Positions 10,872 to 19,923 of a DNA stretch of 64,000 nucleotides are shown here, piece by piece. The notes under the pieces are model-generated. The model was not told where the DNA came from. It ran no database searches and was given only the letters and a program-made list of their open reading frames with translations. The stretch spans positions 64,036 through 128,035 of the forward strand of contig CACLXU010000002.1 of NCBI GenBank assembly GCA_902610995.1, given 5' to 3'. The DNA is from an uncultured SAR86 cluster bacterium (lineage in GTDB: Bacteria > Pseudomonadota > Gammaproteobacteria > Magnimaribacterales > TMED112). A program made the position numbers and the translations under genes. Within the stretch, counting starts at the first letter, position 1. Each line of letters begins with the position of its first letter.

Positions 10872-12013
10872 TTTGCTAACTTTAGTGTTTTTTGAATCTC
10901 TGTAGTGTTTGCCTTTAACATCTCAATAGTGGTTATTTCCTGTTTCTCAAAATAGTCATACTTGTCACGTATAAGATTATATATGTCCCCAAAGTTAATT
11001 TCCTTCTTTAAGAATTTTTTCACAGCAAAATCATTAACTGCTGCGAAGATTAGTCCTCTATTCTGCCCTTTAGAAATTACATCTTCCGTAATTTCAAGCA
11101 AAAATTTTCTGTCATCGGGAAATGGAGAAATGCTTAACTCTGTTTTGCTTGATGAAATATCAAATGAAAACTTCTCATAGAGCATTTTGGATCTTTCATT
11201 GAACAACCCATAGGATAGGGGGAATGACATGCTTGGGGTAGAAATTTGAGCTTCAAATGATCCATCTATGAACTCAACCATTGAATGAATTAAACTTTTT
11301 GGTTCAATCAATATTCCTAATTTTGAAAAACCGACTCCAAATAAGTGATGAGCTTCTATTACTTCAAAACATTTATTAACTAAAGATGCCGAATCAATAG
11401 TTATTTTTTTTCCCATATCCCAATTAGGGTGGTTTAAGGCTTCTTCAGGAGATTTTTGTATGGCATCTTCCAACGCAACTCCATGAAAAGGGCCACCAGA
11501 TGCCATAAGGAAGATCTTTTTAATGTCTTGGATTTTAGCATTCTTTAGAGAGTGGTATATAGAATAGTGTTCGGAATCTATTGGGATAATTTTAGTGTTA
11601 TTAATTTGCACCTCATCCATAATGACTCTACCAAATATTACTAGCGATTCTTTATTAGCAAGTAGGATTTTTTTCCCAGACTTTGCAAGCAAATAGGTAA
11701 CATCAATCATCTCGAAGCTACTAATAGCAGATAAATAAACATCACTAGGCTCATCATGAATTACTTTAAGTAACTCCTCTTTGCTGAGAATTAAGTTTGT
11801 AGAGGGAAATTTTTTGGAATTAAATTTCTGTGATGCGCTTTGATCTGAGAAAAAAAGATATTTAGGTTTGAATTTTTCTAATACGTACTCTGCTTTCTCT
11901 ATATTCTTATTGCATATAAAAATATGATAATCGTATTCATCCTTCCCCTCTAAAAGATCTAGTGCCTGTGATCCAATTGATCCAGTAAACCCAAAAATTG
12001 AAAGCTTATTCAT
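10868..12013 (-). CDS. dxr: 1-deoxy-D-xylulose 5-phosphate reductoisomerase
   Basis: 381 aa with the GFTGSIGSQALDL NADPH loop and NHPNWDMGKKITIDSA. Confidence 0.92.
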   Translation of the reverse strand: MNKLSIFGFTGSIGSQALDLLEGKDEYDYHIFICNKNIEKAEYVLEKFKPKYLFFSDQSASQKFNSKKFPSTNLILSKEELLKVIHDEPSDVYLSAISSFEMIDVTYLLAKSGKKILLANKESLVIFGRVIMDEVQINNTKIIPIDSEHYSIYHSLKNAKIQDIKKIFLMASGGPFHGVALEDAIQKSPEEALNHPNWDMGKKITIDSASLVNKCFEVIEAHHLFGVGFSKLGILIEPKSLIHSMVEFIDGSFEAQISTPSMSFPLSYGLFNERSKMLYEKFSFDISSSKTELSISPFPDDRKFLLEITEDVISKGQNRGLIFAAVNDFAVKKFLKKEINFGDIYNLIRDKYDYFEKQEITTIEMLKANTTEIQKTLKLAK

Positions 12014-12681
12014 TTTCCAAATCTTCTTTGTCTAGATTCAAAAGAATCTATAATTTCCTTTAAATCCCTTTCATTGAAATCAGGCCATAACTTATCAGAA
12101 AAAAATAATTCACTGTAACTTAAATTATGAAGAAGAAAATTGCTTAACCTTCTATCACCACCTGTTCTTATAAAGATATCTACATTAGTATTTGATATCT
12201 GAGTATTACTTAGAAAATTTGATTCAGTCATTTCAATATTGTTTTTTACCATCTTTTTAAATGTCTCAACTATATCCCAAATTGCTCCGTAATTTAGCGC
12301 AATAACAAGTGTGAAATTTGAAAATTGTTTTGTTGATTCAACACATTTTTCAATACCCTTTTGTGCAGATGTGGGAAGCTTTGATAGGTCACCTATAAAT
12401 TCTAATTTCATTTCATTCTTTACAATATCAGGTAGCTTTACATCTACACCAAAGTTAATTAAGTTCATCAATGCATTAACTTCCTGACTTTCCCTAGACC
12501 AATTTTCCGTTGAAAAAGCATAAACAATCAACTTGTTTATGCCGTAACTTTTAGATGCTTTGACTATATCAATTAATGTTTCAATACCCTTTCTGTGGCC
12601 ATGGGAAATTGGAAGGTTATTTGATTTGGCCCACCTACGGTTTCCATCCATAATGATGGCTGCTGTTTTAGACTTTGTCAT
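12010..12681 (-). CDS. uppS: Undecaprenyl diphosphate synthase
   Basis: 223 aa with IIMDGNRRWA and RTGGDRRLSNFLL motifs. ATGA overlap with dxr. Confidence 0.92.
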   Translation of the reverse strand: MTKSKTAAIIMDGNRRWAKSNNLPISHGHRKGIETLIDIVKASKSYGINKLIVYAFSTENWSRESQEVNALMNLINFGVDVKLPDIVKNEMKLEFIGDLSKLPTSAQKGIEKCVESTKQFSNFTLVIALNYGAIWDIVETFKKMVKNNIEMTESNFLSNTQISNTNVDIFIRTGGDRRLSNFLLHNLSYSELFFSDKLWPDFNERDLKEIIDSFESRQRRFGK

Positions 12682-13250
12682 TAGATTGTCAGAAGATCTT
12701 TCTCTTTTGATTCAAGAGTACTATCAATCTGTTTTGAAAAGTCATCAGTAATCTCTTGGATATCTTTTTCAGAGTCTGAGATATCGTCCTCAGTAAGTTC
12801 ACCGTCTTTCTCTAGAGCTTTCATAGAGGCAAGCGAGTCTCTTCGAATATTTCTAATGGCAATTCTTGCATTTTCTGCCTCTGCTTTTGCTTTTTTTGTT
12901 AGATCTCTTCTAGAATCCTCTGTGAGAGGGGGCATAATTATTCTAATAACTTCACCTGCTACTGTTGGATTAATCCCCAGATCAGATTTTTGAATTGATT
13001 TATCAACTTCCTGCACAAGCGACTTATCCCAAGGAGTGAGACTTAAGGTTTTTGAATCTTCGACAGTAATACTACAGCACTGATTGAGTGGAGTTTCAGT
13101 TCCATAATAATCAATTGTTATGCCTTCTAGCATTGATGGATTTGCTCTTCCTGTTCTAATTTTTTTTAGATTATCGCTAAAATTATTTAGCGATGAATTC
13201 ATTCTAGATTTACAGTCGTTTAGGATTTGCTCGTATTTATCCATTTTCAA
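12681..13250 (-). CDS. frr: Ribosome recycling factor
   Basis: 189 aa with LKKIRTGRANPSMLE. Part of the pyrH-frr order. An alternative Met two codons in is possible. Confidence 0.92.
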   Translation of the reverse strand: MKMDKYEQILNDCKSRMNSSLNNFSDNLKKIRTGRANPSMLEGITIDYYGTETPLNQCCSITVEDSKTLSLTPWDKSLVQEVDKSIQKSDLGINPTVAGEVIRIIMPPLTEDSRRDLTKKAKAEAENARIAIRNIRRDSLASMKALEKDGELTEDDISDSEKDIQEITDDFSKQIDSTLESKEKDLLTI

Positions 13251-13956
13251 GTAATGTTCCTATAGTTTCACCTTTTACTATATCAAGTAATGCATTTTCT
13301 TTCTTAAAATTGAATACCTTAATTTTCATACCGTTATCTCTTGCTAGAGTAAGTGCAGTAGTGTCCATGACTTTCAGATTTTTTGATATTGCTTCTTCAA
13401 AAGAAAGTGAATTATAAAATGTTGCTTTAGGATTGATGTTTGGATCCTCTGAAAACACCCCATCAACTTTTGTAGCTTTTAACATAACATCTGCATTTAT
13501 TTCAATTGCTCTTAGGCATGCTGCCGTATCTGTTGTGAAAAAGGGGTTTCCTGTGCCTGCTGTAAAAATTACAACAAAACCAGCATCAAGAAGCTGCATT
13601 GCAATTCTTCGGTCGAAGTGCTCCACTACGCCAGGCATTGGAATTGCTGACATAACTCTAGTTTTAATACCATTTCTCTCTAGAGAGTCTCTTAAGGCTA
13701 TGCCATTCATCATTGTTGCCAACATGCCCATATGGTCACCAGCAACTCTATCAATACCATCTTGATTTAATTGCTCCCCTCTGAAAAGATTTCCTCCACC
13801 TATCACAAGGCCTACCGATACATTCAAATTGACAATGGATTTAATTTCATTTGACATGAAACGTAGTATTTGAGGATCTATACCTTGCTCTTGATTACCA
13901 GCAACGGCTTCACCACTGTATTTTAAGAGAATCTTCGAATAAGCAAGAGAGCTCAC
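13237..13956 (-). CDS. pyrH: UMP kinase
   Basis: 239 aa with ILLKYSGEA and GGGNLFRG motifs. Confidence 0.93.
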   Translation of the reverse strand: MSSLAYSKILLKYSGEAVAGNQEQGIDPQILRFMSNEIKSIVNLNVSVGLVIGGGNLFRGEQLNQDGIDRVAGDHMGMLATMMNGIALRDSLERNGIKTRVMSAIPMPGVVEHFDRRIAMQLLDAGFVVIFTAGTGNPFFTTDTAACLRAIEINADVMLKATKVDGVFSEDPNINPKATFYNSLSFEEAISKNLKVMDTTALTLARDNGMKIKVFNFKKENALLDIVKGETIGTLLENG

Positions 13957-14741
13957 TCTCCTACTTTTCTCCTCATTATCTCTAAAATTGAATTTCCTGA
14001 GATAATTTCGTGAATCTTTTGGTCTGGATTTTTAATAAATGCCTGATCAAGAAGAGAGTTTTCTTGCTTAAATTTATTTATTTTTCCTAAAACAATTTTT
14101 TCTTTAATATCATCAGGTTTATTTTCATTCTCAAGTGTTGCTAATGCTATTTCTTTTTCTTTTAAAATAATCTTTTCATCAATTTGATCGGAATTGATTG
14201 CTAATGGATTATTTGCAGCTATCTGCATTGCGAGGTCCTTACCGAGGGTCTCATCTTTTTCAGAAAGTTTTACAAGCGCTGCAAGCTTTCCATCGGTGTG
14301 CTCATAAGAAGAAATATTTCCATCCTTTATTTCCATCTTTTCATAAAAGGAAATCTTAATATTTTCTCCTATCTTCTGAATAATATCTAAAAGAGGCTGC
14401 TTGAATTCTTCATTTAGTTGATCTAGGTTTGATGGTTCAGAGTCGATACAGTGTGCCTTTAGAAGTTCAAGAAATTTTTGAAAATCTTGATCTTTTGCCG
14501 CAAAGTCTGTTTCAGTGTTTACTTCAACAATAAATGAGACATTTTTGCCATGGCCAACTAGAATTGAACCTTCATTGGTAGCGCGACCTGATTTTTTCTC
14601 TGCTTTAAGAACACTTTTCTTTCTTAAAACTTCAATTGCTTTATCTACGTCACCGTTAGTCTCGACCAGAGCAGATTTGCAATCCATCATAGATATGCCA
14701 GTTCTATCTCTTAGTTCTTTGACTAGTTGTGCAGTAATCAA
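13953..14741 (-). CDS. tsf: Elongation factor Ts
   Basis: 262 aa with N-terminal ITAQLVKELRDRTGISMMDCKSAL. Lies downstream of rpsB. Confidence 0.93.
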   Translation of the reverse strand: MITAQLVKELRDRTGISMMDCKSALVETNGDVDKAIEVLRKKSVLKAEKKSGRATNEGSILVGHGKNVSFIVEVNTETDFAAKDQDFQKFLELLKAHCIDSEPSNLDQLNEEFKQPLLDIIQKIGENIKISFYEKMEIKDGNISSYEHTDGKLAALVKLSEKDETLGKDLAMQIAANNPLAINSDQIDEKIILKEKEIALATLENENKPDDIKEKIVLGKINKFKQENSLLDQAFIKNPDQKIHEIISGNSILEIMRRKVGE

Positions 14742-14744
14742 TCT

Positions 14745-15701
14745 TTACTCCTTAGTAGATTTTTTGACTGCCGGCTTTTTGGTTGTGGCTGCTTTTTTAG
14801 CTGCTGGCTTTTTGGTTGTGGCTGCTTTTTTGGCTGCTGATTCGTTCGGGGCATCATCTTTTTCTTCAGATACCTCCACTTCAGCTACCTCTTCAGACGC
14901 ATCTTTTGAGGATTTATCATCAGGTTTTTGTGTGGCTTTAGCTGCTACATTCAATGAGAATACCTTTGGACCTTTATCGCCATCGAGTTTCTGCACTAAA
15001 CCTTGCTTTCTTGCTGAATCCTGGCCCTCTAAAATTGCTTCACTCAAGAGATCAAGTACAAACCTAATTGTTTTGGATGAATCATCATTAATTGGGATAA
15101 AGTTTGATAGGTTTGTTGGATTACTGTTTGTATCAACTAATCCAAAAACTGGAATCCCCATTTTTAAAGCTTCCTGTACAGCTATATTCTCATTTTCAAC
15201 ATCTATAACAAACAGAGCGTCTGGAAGGCCTTTCATGTCTTTAACACCATCAAAATTAAGTGAAAGTTTTTTCATTTCTTTTTCAAGCATTACTGCTTCT
15301 TTCTTTATCATTCCTTCTAATTGCCCTGAGGACTTATTTTCCTCATATTCAAGAAGTTTATTGATAGGAATTTTTATAGTCTTCCAATTTGTTAGCATGC
15401 CACCCAACCATCTATGCGATATGTAAGGCATCCCTGTCTTTTCTCCAAAATCTTTAACATATTCTGATGCCACTCTTTTAGTTCCAACAATCATTATTTT
15501 GTTGCCTAGAGATGAAAAGTTCTTAAATGCTTCATATAGCTCAAGGATTTTTTCTTGGGTTTTATATAGATCAATTATATGTATGTTATTTTTTTCACAG
15601 AAAATATATTCTTCCATATGGGGGTTCCAGAATCTTTTTCTGTGGCCAAAGTGTGCTCCTAACTCAAAGAGTTGTTCAATTGTAACTTTTGATTTGCTCA
15701 T
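14745..15701 (-). CDS. rpsB: 30S ribosomal protein S2 with a long K/A/T-rich C-terminal extension
   Basis: 318 aa. The core carries LFELGAHFGHRKRFWNP and is followed by about 90 extra residues ending AAKKAATTKKPAAKKAATTKKPAVKKSTKE. Confidence 0.95.
   Translation of the reverse strand: MSKSKVTIEQLFELGAHFGHRKRFWNPHMEEYIFCEKNNIHIIDLYKTQEKILELYEAFKNFSSLGNKIMIVGTKRVASEYVKDFGEKTGMPYISHRWLGGMLTNWKTIKIPINKLLEYEENKSSGQLEGMIKKEAVMLEKEMKKLSLNFDGVKDMKGLPDALFVIDVENENIAVQEALKMGIPVFGLVDTNSNPTNLSNFIPINDDSSKTIRFVLDLLSEAILEGQDSARKQGLVQKLDGDKGPKVFSLNVAAKATQKPDDKSSKDASEEVAEVEVSEEKDDAPNESAAKKAATTKKPAAKKAATTKKPAVKKSTKE
14768..14840 (-). repeat. 33-nt in-frame tandem repeat (2 copies plus a partial third) encoding AAKKAATTKKP in the S2 tail
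   Basis: 14768-14800 and 14801-14833 match at 31 of 33 positions (ctgcYggctttttggttgtggctgcttttttRg). A third copy starts at 14834. Confidence 0.9.
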
Positions 15702-15792
15702 ATAATCCTGTTAAAGGTCTGCATATAATATAAGATTTATGCCTTTCATAAAACCTTTTTGCAATATTTGGCATGCTAATTCAGAAGGGAGA
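15702..15792 (-). promoter_or_regulatory. rpsB upstream region (candidate promoter and structured leader)
   Basis: A 91-nt spacer, among the longest in the window. On the minus strand it reads TTGCAA-N17-CATAAA, followed by mutually exclusive hairpins (tatg..cata, gcata..tatgc, aaaggt..accttt). No model was run. Confidence 0.25.
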
Positions 15793-16713
15793 TTACTCAT
15801 CAATTTTTGATTGTAACTTCTCATTAAATCTGGAATATTCCTTGAACTGTCCTTCTAGTGACTTAAATGCTTCTTTAAGCTCTTTTTTCTGTGATCCAGT
15901 TATTTTTGTAGGAGTCTCAACAACGACTCTTACGAATAAATCTCCTGTGCTGCGTCCGTGAAGAGATCCTGCTCCCATATCTTTTAATTTAAATACTTTC
16001 CCTGTTTGTGTTTCTGGTGGAATCTTAAGTAAAACCCTTTTAGTTAAAGTAGGAATTTCAATTTCATCCCCAAAAATAGCTTGATCAATCCTAATTGGAA
16101 CTTCACAGTAAAGATGATTCCCTTCTCTTTCTAAAAAAACGTGATTTTTTACGTTTATTACTATATATAAATCTCCATTTTCTCCGCCATATTGGCTAAC
16201 TTCTCCTTCTCCAGACAATCGAATTTTATTTCCAGTATCAACCCCAGGTGGGATGTCGACAGATACTTTTTTAGAGTTATTGGGGAGGGTAATTTTGATT
16301 GATTTGCCAAAAACAGCGTCCTTTAAATCTAGATCTAATGTCATTTGAATATTTCTACCACGAGGAGGCCTTCTTGTTCGTGCCCCACCAAATATATCTC
16401 CAAAAATATCTCCAAACACTTCATCCCCAAAAATATTATTGAAGATGTCATTTATATTTACATCCTGAAATCCGGACTGACCGAAATTTGAATTTACTCC
16501 CTGATGGCCAAACTGATCATAAGTTGTTCTTTTGGATGGGTCACTTAAAACTTCATAAGCTTCAGCAGCTTCCTTAAATTTTAGTTCAGCTTCTTTATTA
16601 TTGGGGTTTTTATCTGGATGGTATTTTATAGCTAATCTTTTAAAAGCTTTTTTTAGCTCTTCAGGGGTAGAATTTCTTCCAACCCCTAGAACTTCATAAT
16701 AATCCCTTTTCAC
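15793..16713 (-). CDS. dnaJ: DnaJ-type co-chaperone lacking the Cys-rich zinc-finger domain
   Basis: 306 aa with a J domain (KYHPDKN), a G/F linker and DnaJ-like C-terminal domains ([22 protein letters not shown]). There is only one Cys and no CxxCxGxG motif. Lies immediately downstream of dnaK. Confidence 0.88.
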   Translation of the reverse strand: MKRDYYEVLGVGRNSTPEELKKAFKRLAIKYHPDKNPNNKEAELKFKEAAEAYEVLSDPSKRTTYDQFGHQGVNSNFGQSGFQDVNINDIFNNIFGDEVFGDIFGDIFGGARTRRPPRGRNIQMTLDLDLKDAVFGKSIKITLPNNSKKVSVDIPPGVDTGNKIRLSGEGEVSQYGGENGDLYIVINVKNHVFLEREGNHLYCEVPIRIDQAIFGDEIEIPTLTKRVLLKIPPETQTGKVFKLKDMGAGSLHGRSTGDLFVRVVVETPTKITGSQKKELKEAFKSLEGQFKEYSRFNEKLQSKIDE

Positions 16714-16715
16714 AA

Positions 16716-18626
16716 TTAGGATTTTTTATCATCATCGACTTCTTTAAAGTCGGCATCTACTGTATCTTGACCAGTCTCTGCAGAATCTTTTTGTTCACCA
16801 TCAGGCTCGTCTTTCTTGAAAAGCTTATCTGTGAGTGGTTGAGCTATTTTTGAAAGATTTTCCACTGCAGTATCTATATCTTCTTTTGATTCGCCTTTAC
16901 AAGCTTCTTCAACTGCAGCAATTGATTCTGAAAGTGATTTAAATTCATCTTCGCTTAATTTGTCCTTATTTTCTTCGGCTGCTTTTTTAGTTGAGCTCGC
17001 CATACTATCAGCCATATTCCTTGAAGTAACAAGCTCCTCAAACTTCTTATCCTCTTCTGCATTTGCTTCTGCATCTTTCACCATCTTTTCAATTTCGTCA
17101 TCTGAAAGCCCACTTCCGCTTTGGATGGTAATGGATTGTTCTTTATTCGTTGATTTATCTTTAGCTGATACATTAATAATACCGTTTGCATCTATATCAA
17201 AACTCACCTCTATTTGAGGAGTTCCCCTTGGGGCTGCAGCAATGTCTGTTAAATTAAACTGTCCTAAAGACTTATTATCTAGGGCTTTTTTTCTTTCACC
17301 TTGAAGAACATGTACTGTAACAGCGGTTTGGTTATCTTCAGCTGTAGAGAACACCTGAGATTTGTTTGTAGGTATAGTAGTATTCTTTTCAATTAGAGGG
17401 GTCATAACTCCACCAAGCGTTTCTATGCCAAGTGTGAGAGGAGTGACATCCAATAACAAAACATCGGATCTGTCACCGCTTAATACTGCACCTTGTGTAG
17501 CTGCTCCAAGAGCAACAGCTTCATCTGGGTTAATGTCCTTTCTTGCTTCTTTACCAAAAAAATCTGCCACAGTTTTTTGGACCATAGGCATCCTTGTTTG
17601 ACCACCTACCAGAATAACTTCATCAATATCTTTAGGAGAAAGTTTTGCATCTTTTAGTGAAGTTTTTACAGGCTCAAGACTTTTTGTAACTAGGTCTCCC
17701 ACCAGTGATTCCAATTTAGCTCTTGTTAGTTTTTGAACAAAATGTTTTGGGCCGCTAGCATCAGCAGTAATGTATGGAAGATTTATCTCTGTTTGTTCTG
17801 TTGTAGAAAGTTCAATTTTTGCTTTTTCTGCAGCTTCTTTAAGTCTTTGCAGCGCCATGGGATCTGAATTTAAGTCAAATCCTGATTCTTTTTTGAATTC
17901 ACTTACAAAGTGGTTGATTAATATTAGGTCAAAATCTTCTCCTCCCAGGTGTGTATCACCGGATGTTGAAATTACCTCAAACTGATATTCACCATCGACA
18001 TTTGTCATCTCTATAATTGAAATATCAAATGTTCCTCCACCAAGGTCATATACAGCTATTACACCATCTTTCTTAAGTTTATCTAAACCAAACGCTAGTG
18101 CTGCTGCAGTAGGTTCATTTATTATTCGCTTTACTTCTAAGCCTGCAATTTTTCCGGCCGCTTTAGTTGCTTGTCGCTGAGAATCATTGAAGTAAGCTGG
18201 CACTGTAACAACAGCGCCCTCAACTTTTGTTCCAAGATATTCTTCAGCTGTTTTTTTCATTTTTTTAAGAATTTCAGCTGAAACTTGGGGAGGTGCCATT
18301 TTATTTCCATCAACCTCAACCCATGCATCTCCATTTTCTGCTTCAACAATTCCGAATGGAACTGACTTTATATCCTTTTGGACTTCTTTATCCTTAAATT
18401 TTCTTCCCACCAATCTTTTAACAGCAAATAAAGTCTTGTTCGGATTAGTTACAGCTTGACGTTTTGCTGGTTGGCCTACCAATACTTGATTGTCTGTTGT
18501 ATATGCCACGACAGATGGAGTTGTTCTATTGCCTTCTGAATTTGAAATTACTTCTGGAGCTTCACCCTCCATTACAGCTACACAAGAATTAGTGGTACCT
18601 AAGTCTATTCCTATGATTTTTCCCAT
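16716..18626 (-). CDS. dnaK: Chaperone DnaK (Hsp70)
   Basis: 636 aa with [13 protein letters not shown] and DLGGGTFD motifs. Confidence 0.98.
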   Translation of the reverse strand: MGKIIGIDLGTTNSCVAVMEGEAPEVISNSEGNRTTPSVVAYTTDNQVLVGQPAKRQAVTNPNKTLFAVKRLVGRKFKDKEVQKDIKSVPFGIVEAENGDAWVEVDGNKMAPPQVSAEILKKMKKTAEEYLGTKVEGAVVTVPAYFNDSQRQATKAAGKIAGLEVKRIINEPTAAALAFGLDKLKKDGVIAVYDLGGGTFDISIIEMTNVDGEYQFEVISTSGDTHLGGEDFDLILINHFVSEFKKESGFDLNSDPMALQRLKEAAEKAKIELSTTEQTEINLPYITADASGPKHFVQKLTRAKLESLVGDLVTKSLEPVKTSLKDAKLSPKDIDEVILVGGQTRMPMVQKTVADFFGKEARKDINPDEAVALGAATQGAVLSGDRSDVLLLDVTPLTLGIETLGGVMTPLIEKNTTIPTNKSQVFSTAEDNQTAVTVHVLQGERKKALDNKSLGQFNLTDIAAAPRGTPQIEVSFDIDANGIINVSAKDKSTNKEQSITIQSGSGLSDDEIEKMVKDAEANAEEDKKFEELVTSRNMADSMASSTKKAAEENKDKLSEDEFKSLSESIAAVEEACKGESKEDIDTAVENLSKIAQPLTDKLFKKDEPDGEQKDSAETGQDTVDADFKEVDDDKKS

Positions 18627-18640
18627 TTTATTTCCTTAAA

Positions 18641-19156
18641 TTAGTTAATTTTATTTACAACTACGAGGGCAGGCTTTACAACTCTCTCATTGAGCTTCCA
18701 GCCTCTTTCAAGGGTTTTTATAACAAAATTATCTTTTTCCCCTGATTCGTTGACGGTGGATACAGCTTCATGCATCTCGGGGTCAAACTCCTCTCCATTT
18801 GGATTTATGGGAACAATATTGAAATTCTCAAGTGTTTTTTCGAATGAATTTAAAATTAACAAAATGCCCTCTTTGTCAGTTTGCTTTTCATCGTCTAAAT
18901 TTTCTGTAGCTTTCTCTAATGAAGTGAGTACAGGAATCAATGAAGATAGCAACTCAGAATTAGCAAATTTTAGTGCATTTGATAGCTCTAATGAGGTTCT
19001 TTTCTTAAAATTTTCAAGCTCAGCTCTTGCTCGAAGCGAATCTTCCTTAGCAGCCTCTAATTGAGATAAAACTTCTTCATATGAAAGAGTATTTAATTCG
19101 CTTTTCTCATTATTTTGATTTTTTTCCTTTTCTTTGGACTCTTTATCTTTTGTCAT
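18641..19156 (-). CDS. grpE: Nucleotide exchange factor GrpE
   Basis: 171 aa with a coiled-coil N-terminus and RARAELENFKKR. Lies upstream of dnaK. Confidence 0.9.
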   Translation of the reverse strand: MTKDKESKEKEKNQNNEKSELNTLSYEEVLSQLEAAKEDSLRARAELENFKKRTSLELSNALKFANSELLSSLIPVLTSLEKATENLDDEKQTDKEGILLILNSFEKTLENFNIVPINPNGEEFDPEMHEAVSTVNESGEKDNFVIKTLERGWKLNERVVKPALVVVNKIN

Positions 19157-19172
19157 GACGTGGATTATAGTT

Positions 19173-19577
19173 TTATTTAATCTTTTTTACATATAAAACC
19201 ATGCTGTGATCAACCAACTTAAAGCCATGTTTTTTTGCTATTTCTTCTTGTCTCGTCTCAATAATTTCATCATGAAACTCAATAATGTCTCCCGAATCAA
19301 CACAGACCATGTGATCGTGGTGGTTGTGATCATTTAATTCATAAACTGACTTAGACGCCTCAAAAGAGTGCTTGATAACAATACCAGCATTCTCGAATTG
19401 TGTTAAAACTCTATAAACAGTAGCTAAACCAACATCGTAGTTATTTGAGATCAAATCTCTGTATATCTCCTCCGCACTTAAATGACGCCCATTCTCCAAA
19501 ATTTCCATTATTTTCAATCTGGGTAACGTGGATTTTAATCCAGCTTCTTGTAAATTTTTTTTGGTATTTTCTGACAT
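19173..19577 (-). CDS. fur: Ferric uptake regulator
   Basis: 134 aa with LKSTLPRLKIMEIL, ATVYRVLTQFENAGIV and HHDHMVCVDSGDIIEF (Pseudomonas-type Fur). Divergent from bamE/omlA, as in Pseudomonas. Confidence 0.9.
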   Translation of the reverse strand: MSENTKKNLQEAGLKSTLPRLKIMEILENGRHLSAEEIYRDLISNNYDVGLATVYRVLTQFENAGIVIKHSFEASKSVYELNDHNHHDHMVCVDSGDIIEFHDEIIETRQEEIAKKHGFKLVDHSMVLYVKKIK

Positions 19578-19595
19578 TGCCTTTATCCTATCTCA

Positions 19596-19916
19596 ATGAA
19601 AAAATTCTATTTGTTAATTATATCCTTGTTTTTAATTTCTTGTTCATCTGCAGGAATCTATAAAGTTACAGTAACTCAAGGCACCTTATTAAAGCAAGAG
19701 GATATAGATAAATTAGAAATTGGAATGAATAAGGACCAGGTGACATTTATACTTGGTAATCCAACTTTTGAAAATTTTTTTGAGCCAAATGTTTGGAACT
19801 ATTTCTACCAAGTTTCAAGGGGCGGCGAAATCCTTACTGAAAGTAAAATAAAAGTTATTTTTGACAAAGATAATAATCTGGAAGAAATTGTTGTAATTAA
19901 ATTAGAAGATTCTTAA
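19596..19916 (+). CDS. bamE: Outer membrane assembly lipoprotein BamE (SmpA/OmlA)
   Basis: 106 aa with a lipoprotein signal (LFLISC) and GMNKDQVTFILGNP. Divergent from fur. Confidence 0.8.
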   Translation: MKKFYLLIISLFLISCSSAGIYKVTVTQGTLLKQEDIDKLEIGMNKDQVTFILGNPTFENFFEPNVWNYFYQVSRGGEILTESKIKVIFDKDNNLEEIVVIKLEDS

Positions 19917-19923
19917 GCTGAGA

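Noticed and set aside
14515-15426. A 303-aa plus-strand ORF, the longest unexplained ORF in the track
   Set aside because: It lies entirely antisense to tsf and rpsB. Its translation is low-complexity S/F/L/A-rich, the mirror image of K/E/A-rich coding sequence. Both overlapping genes are unambiguous.
18706-18714. A CCCTTGAAA sigma32-like -35 element inside grpE, upstream of dnaK
   Set aside because: No CCCCAT-like -10 lies at 13-15 nt downstream. A single hexamer match in AT-rich DNA is not evidence.
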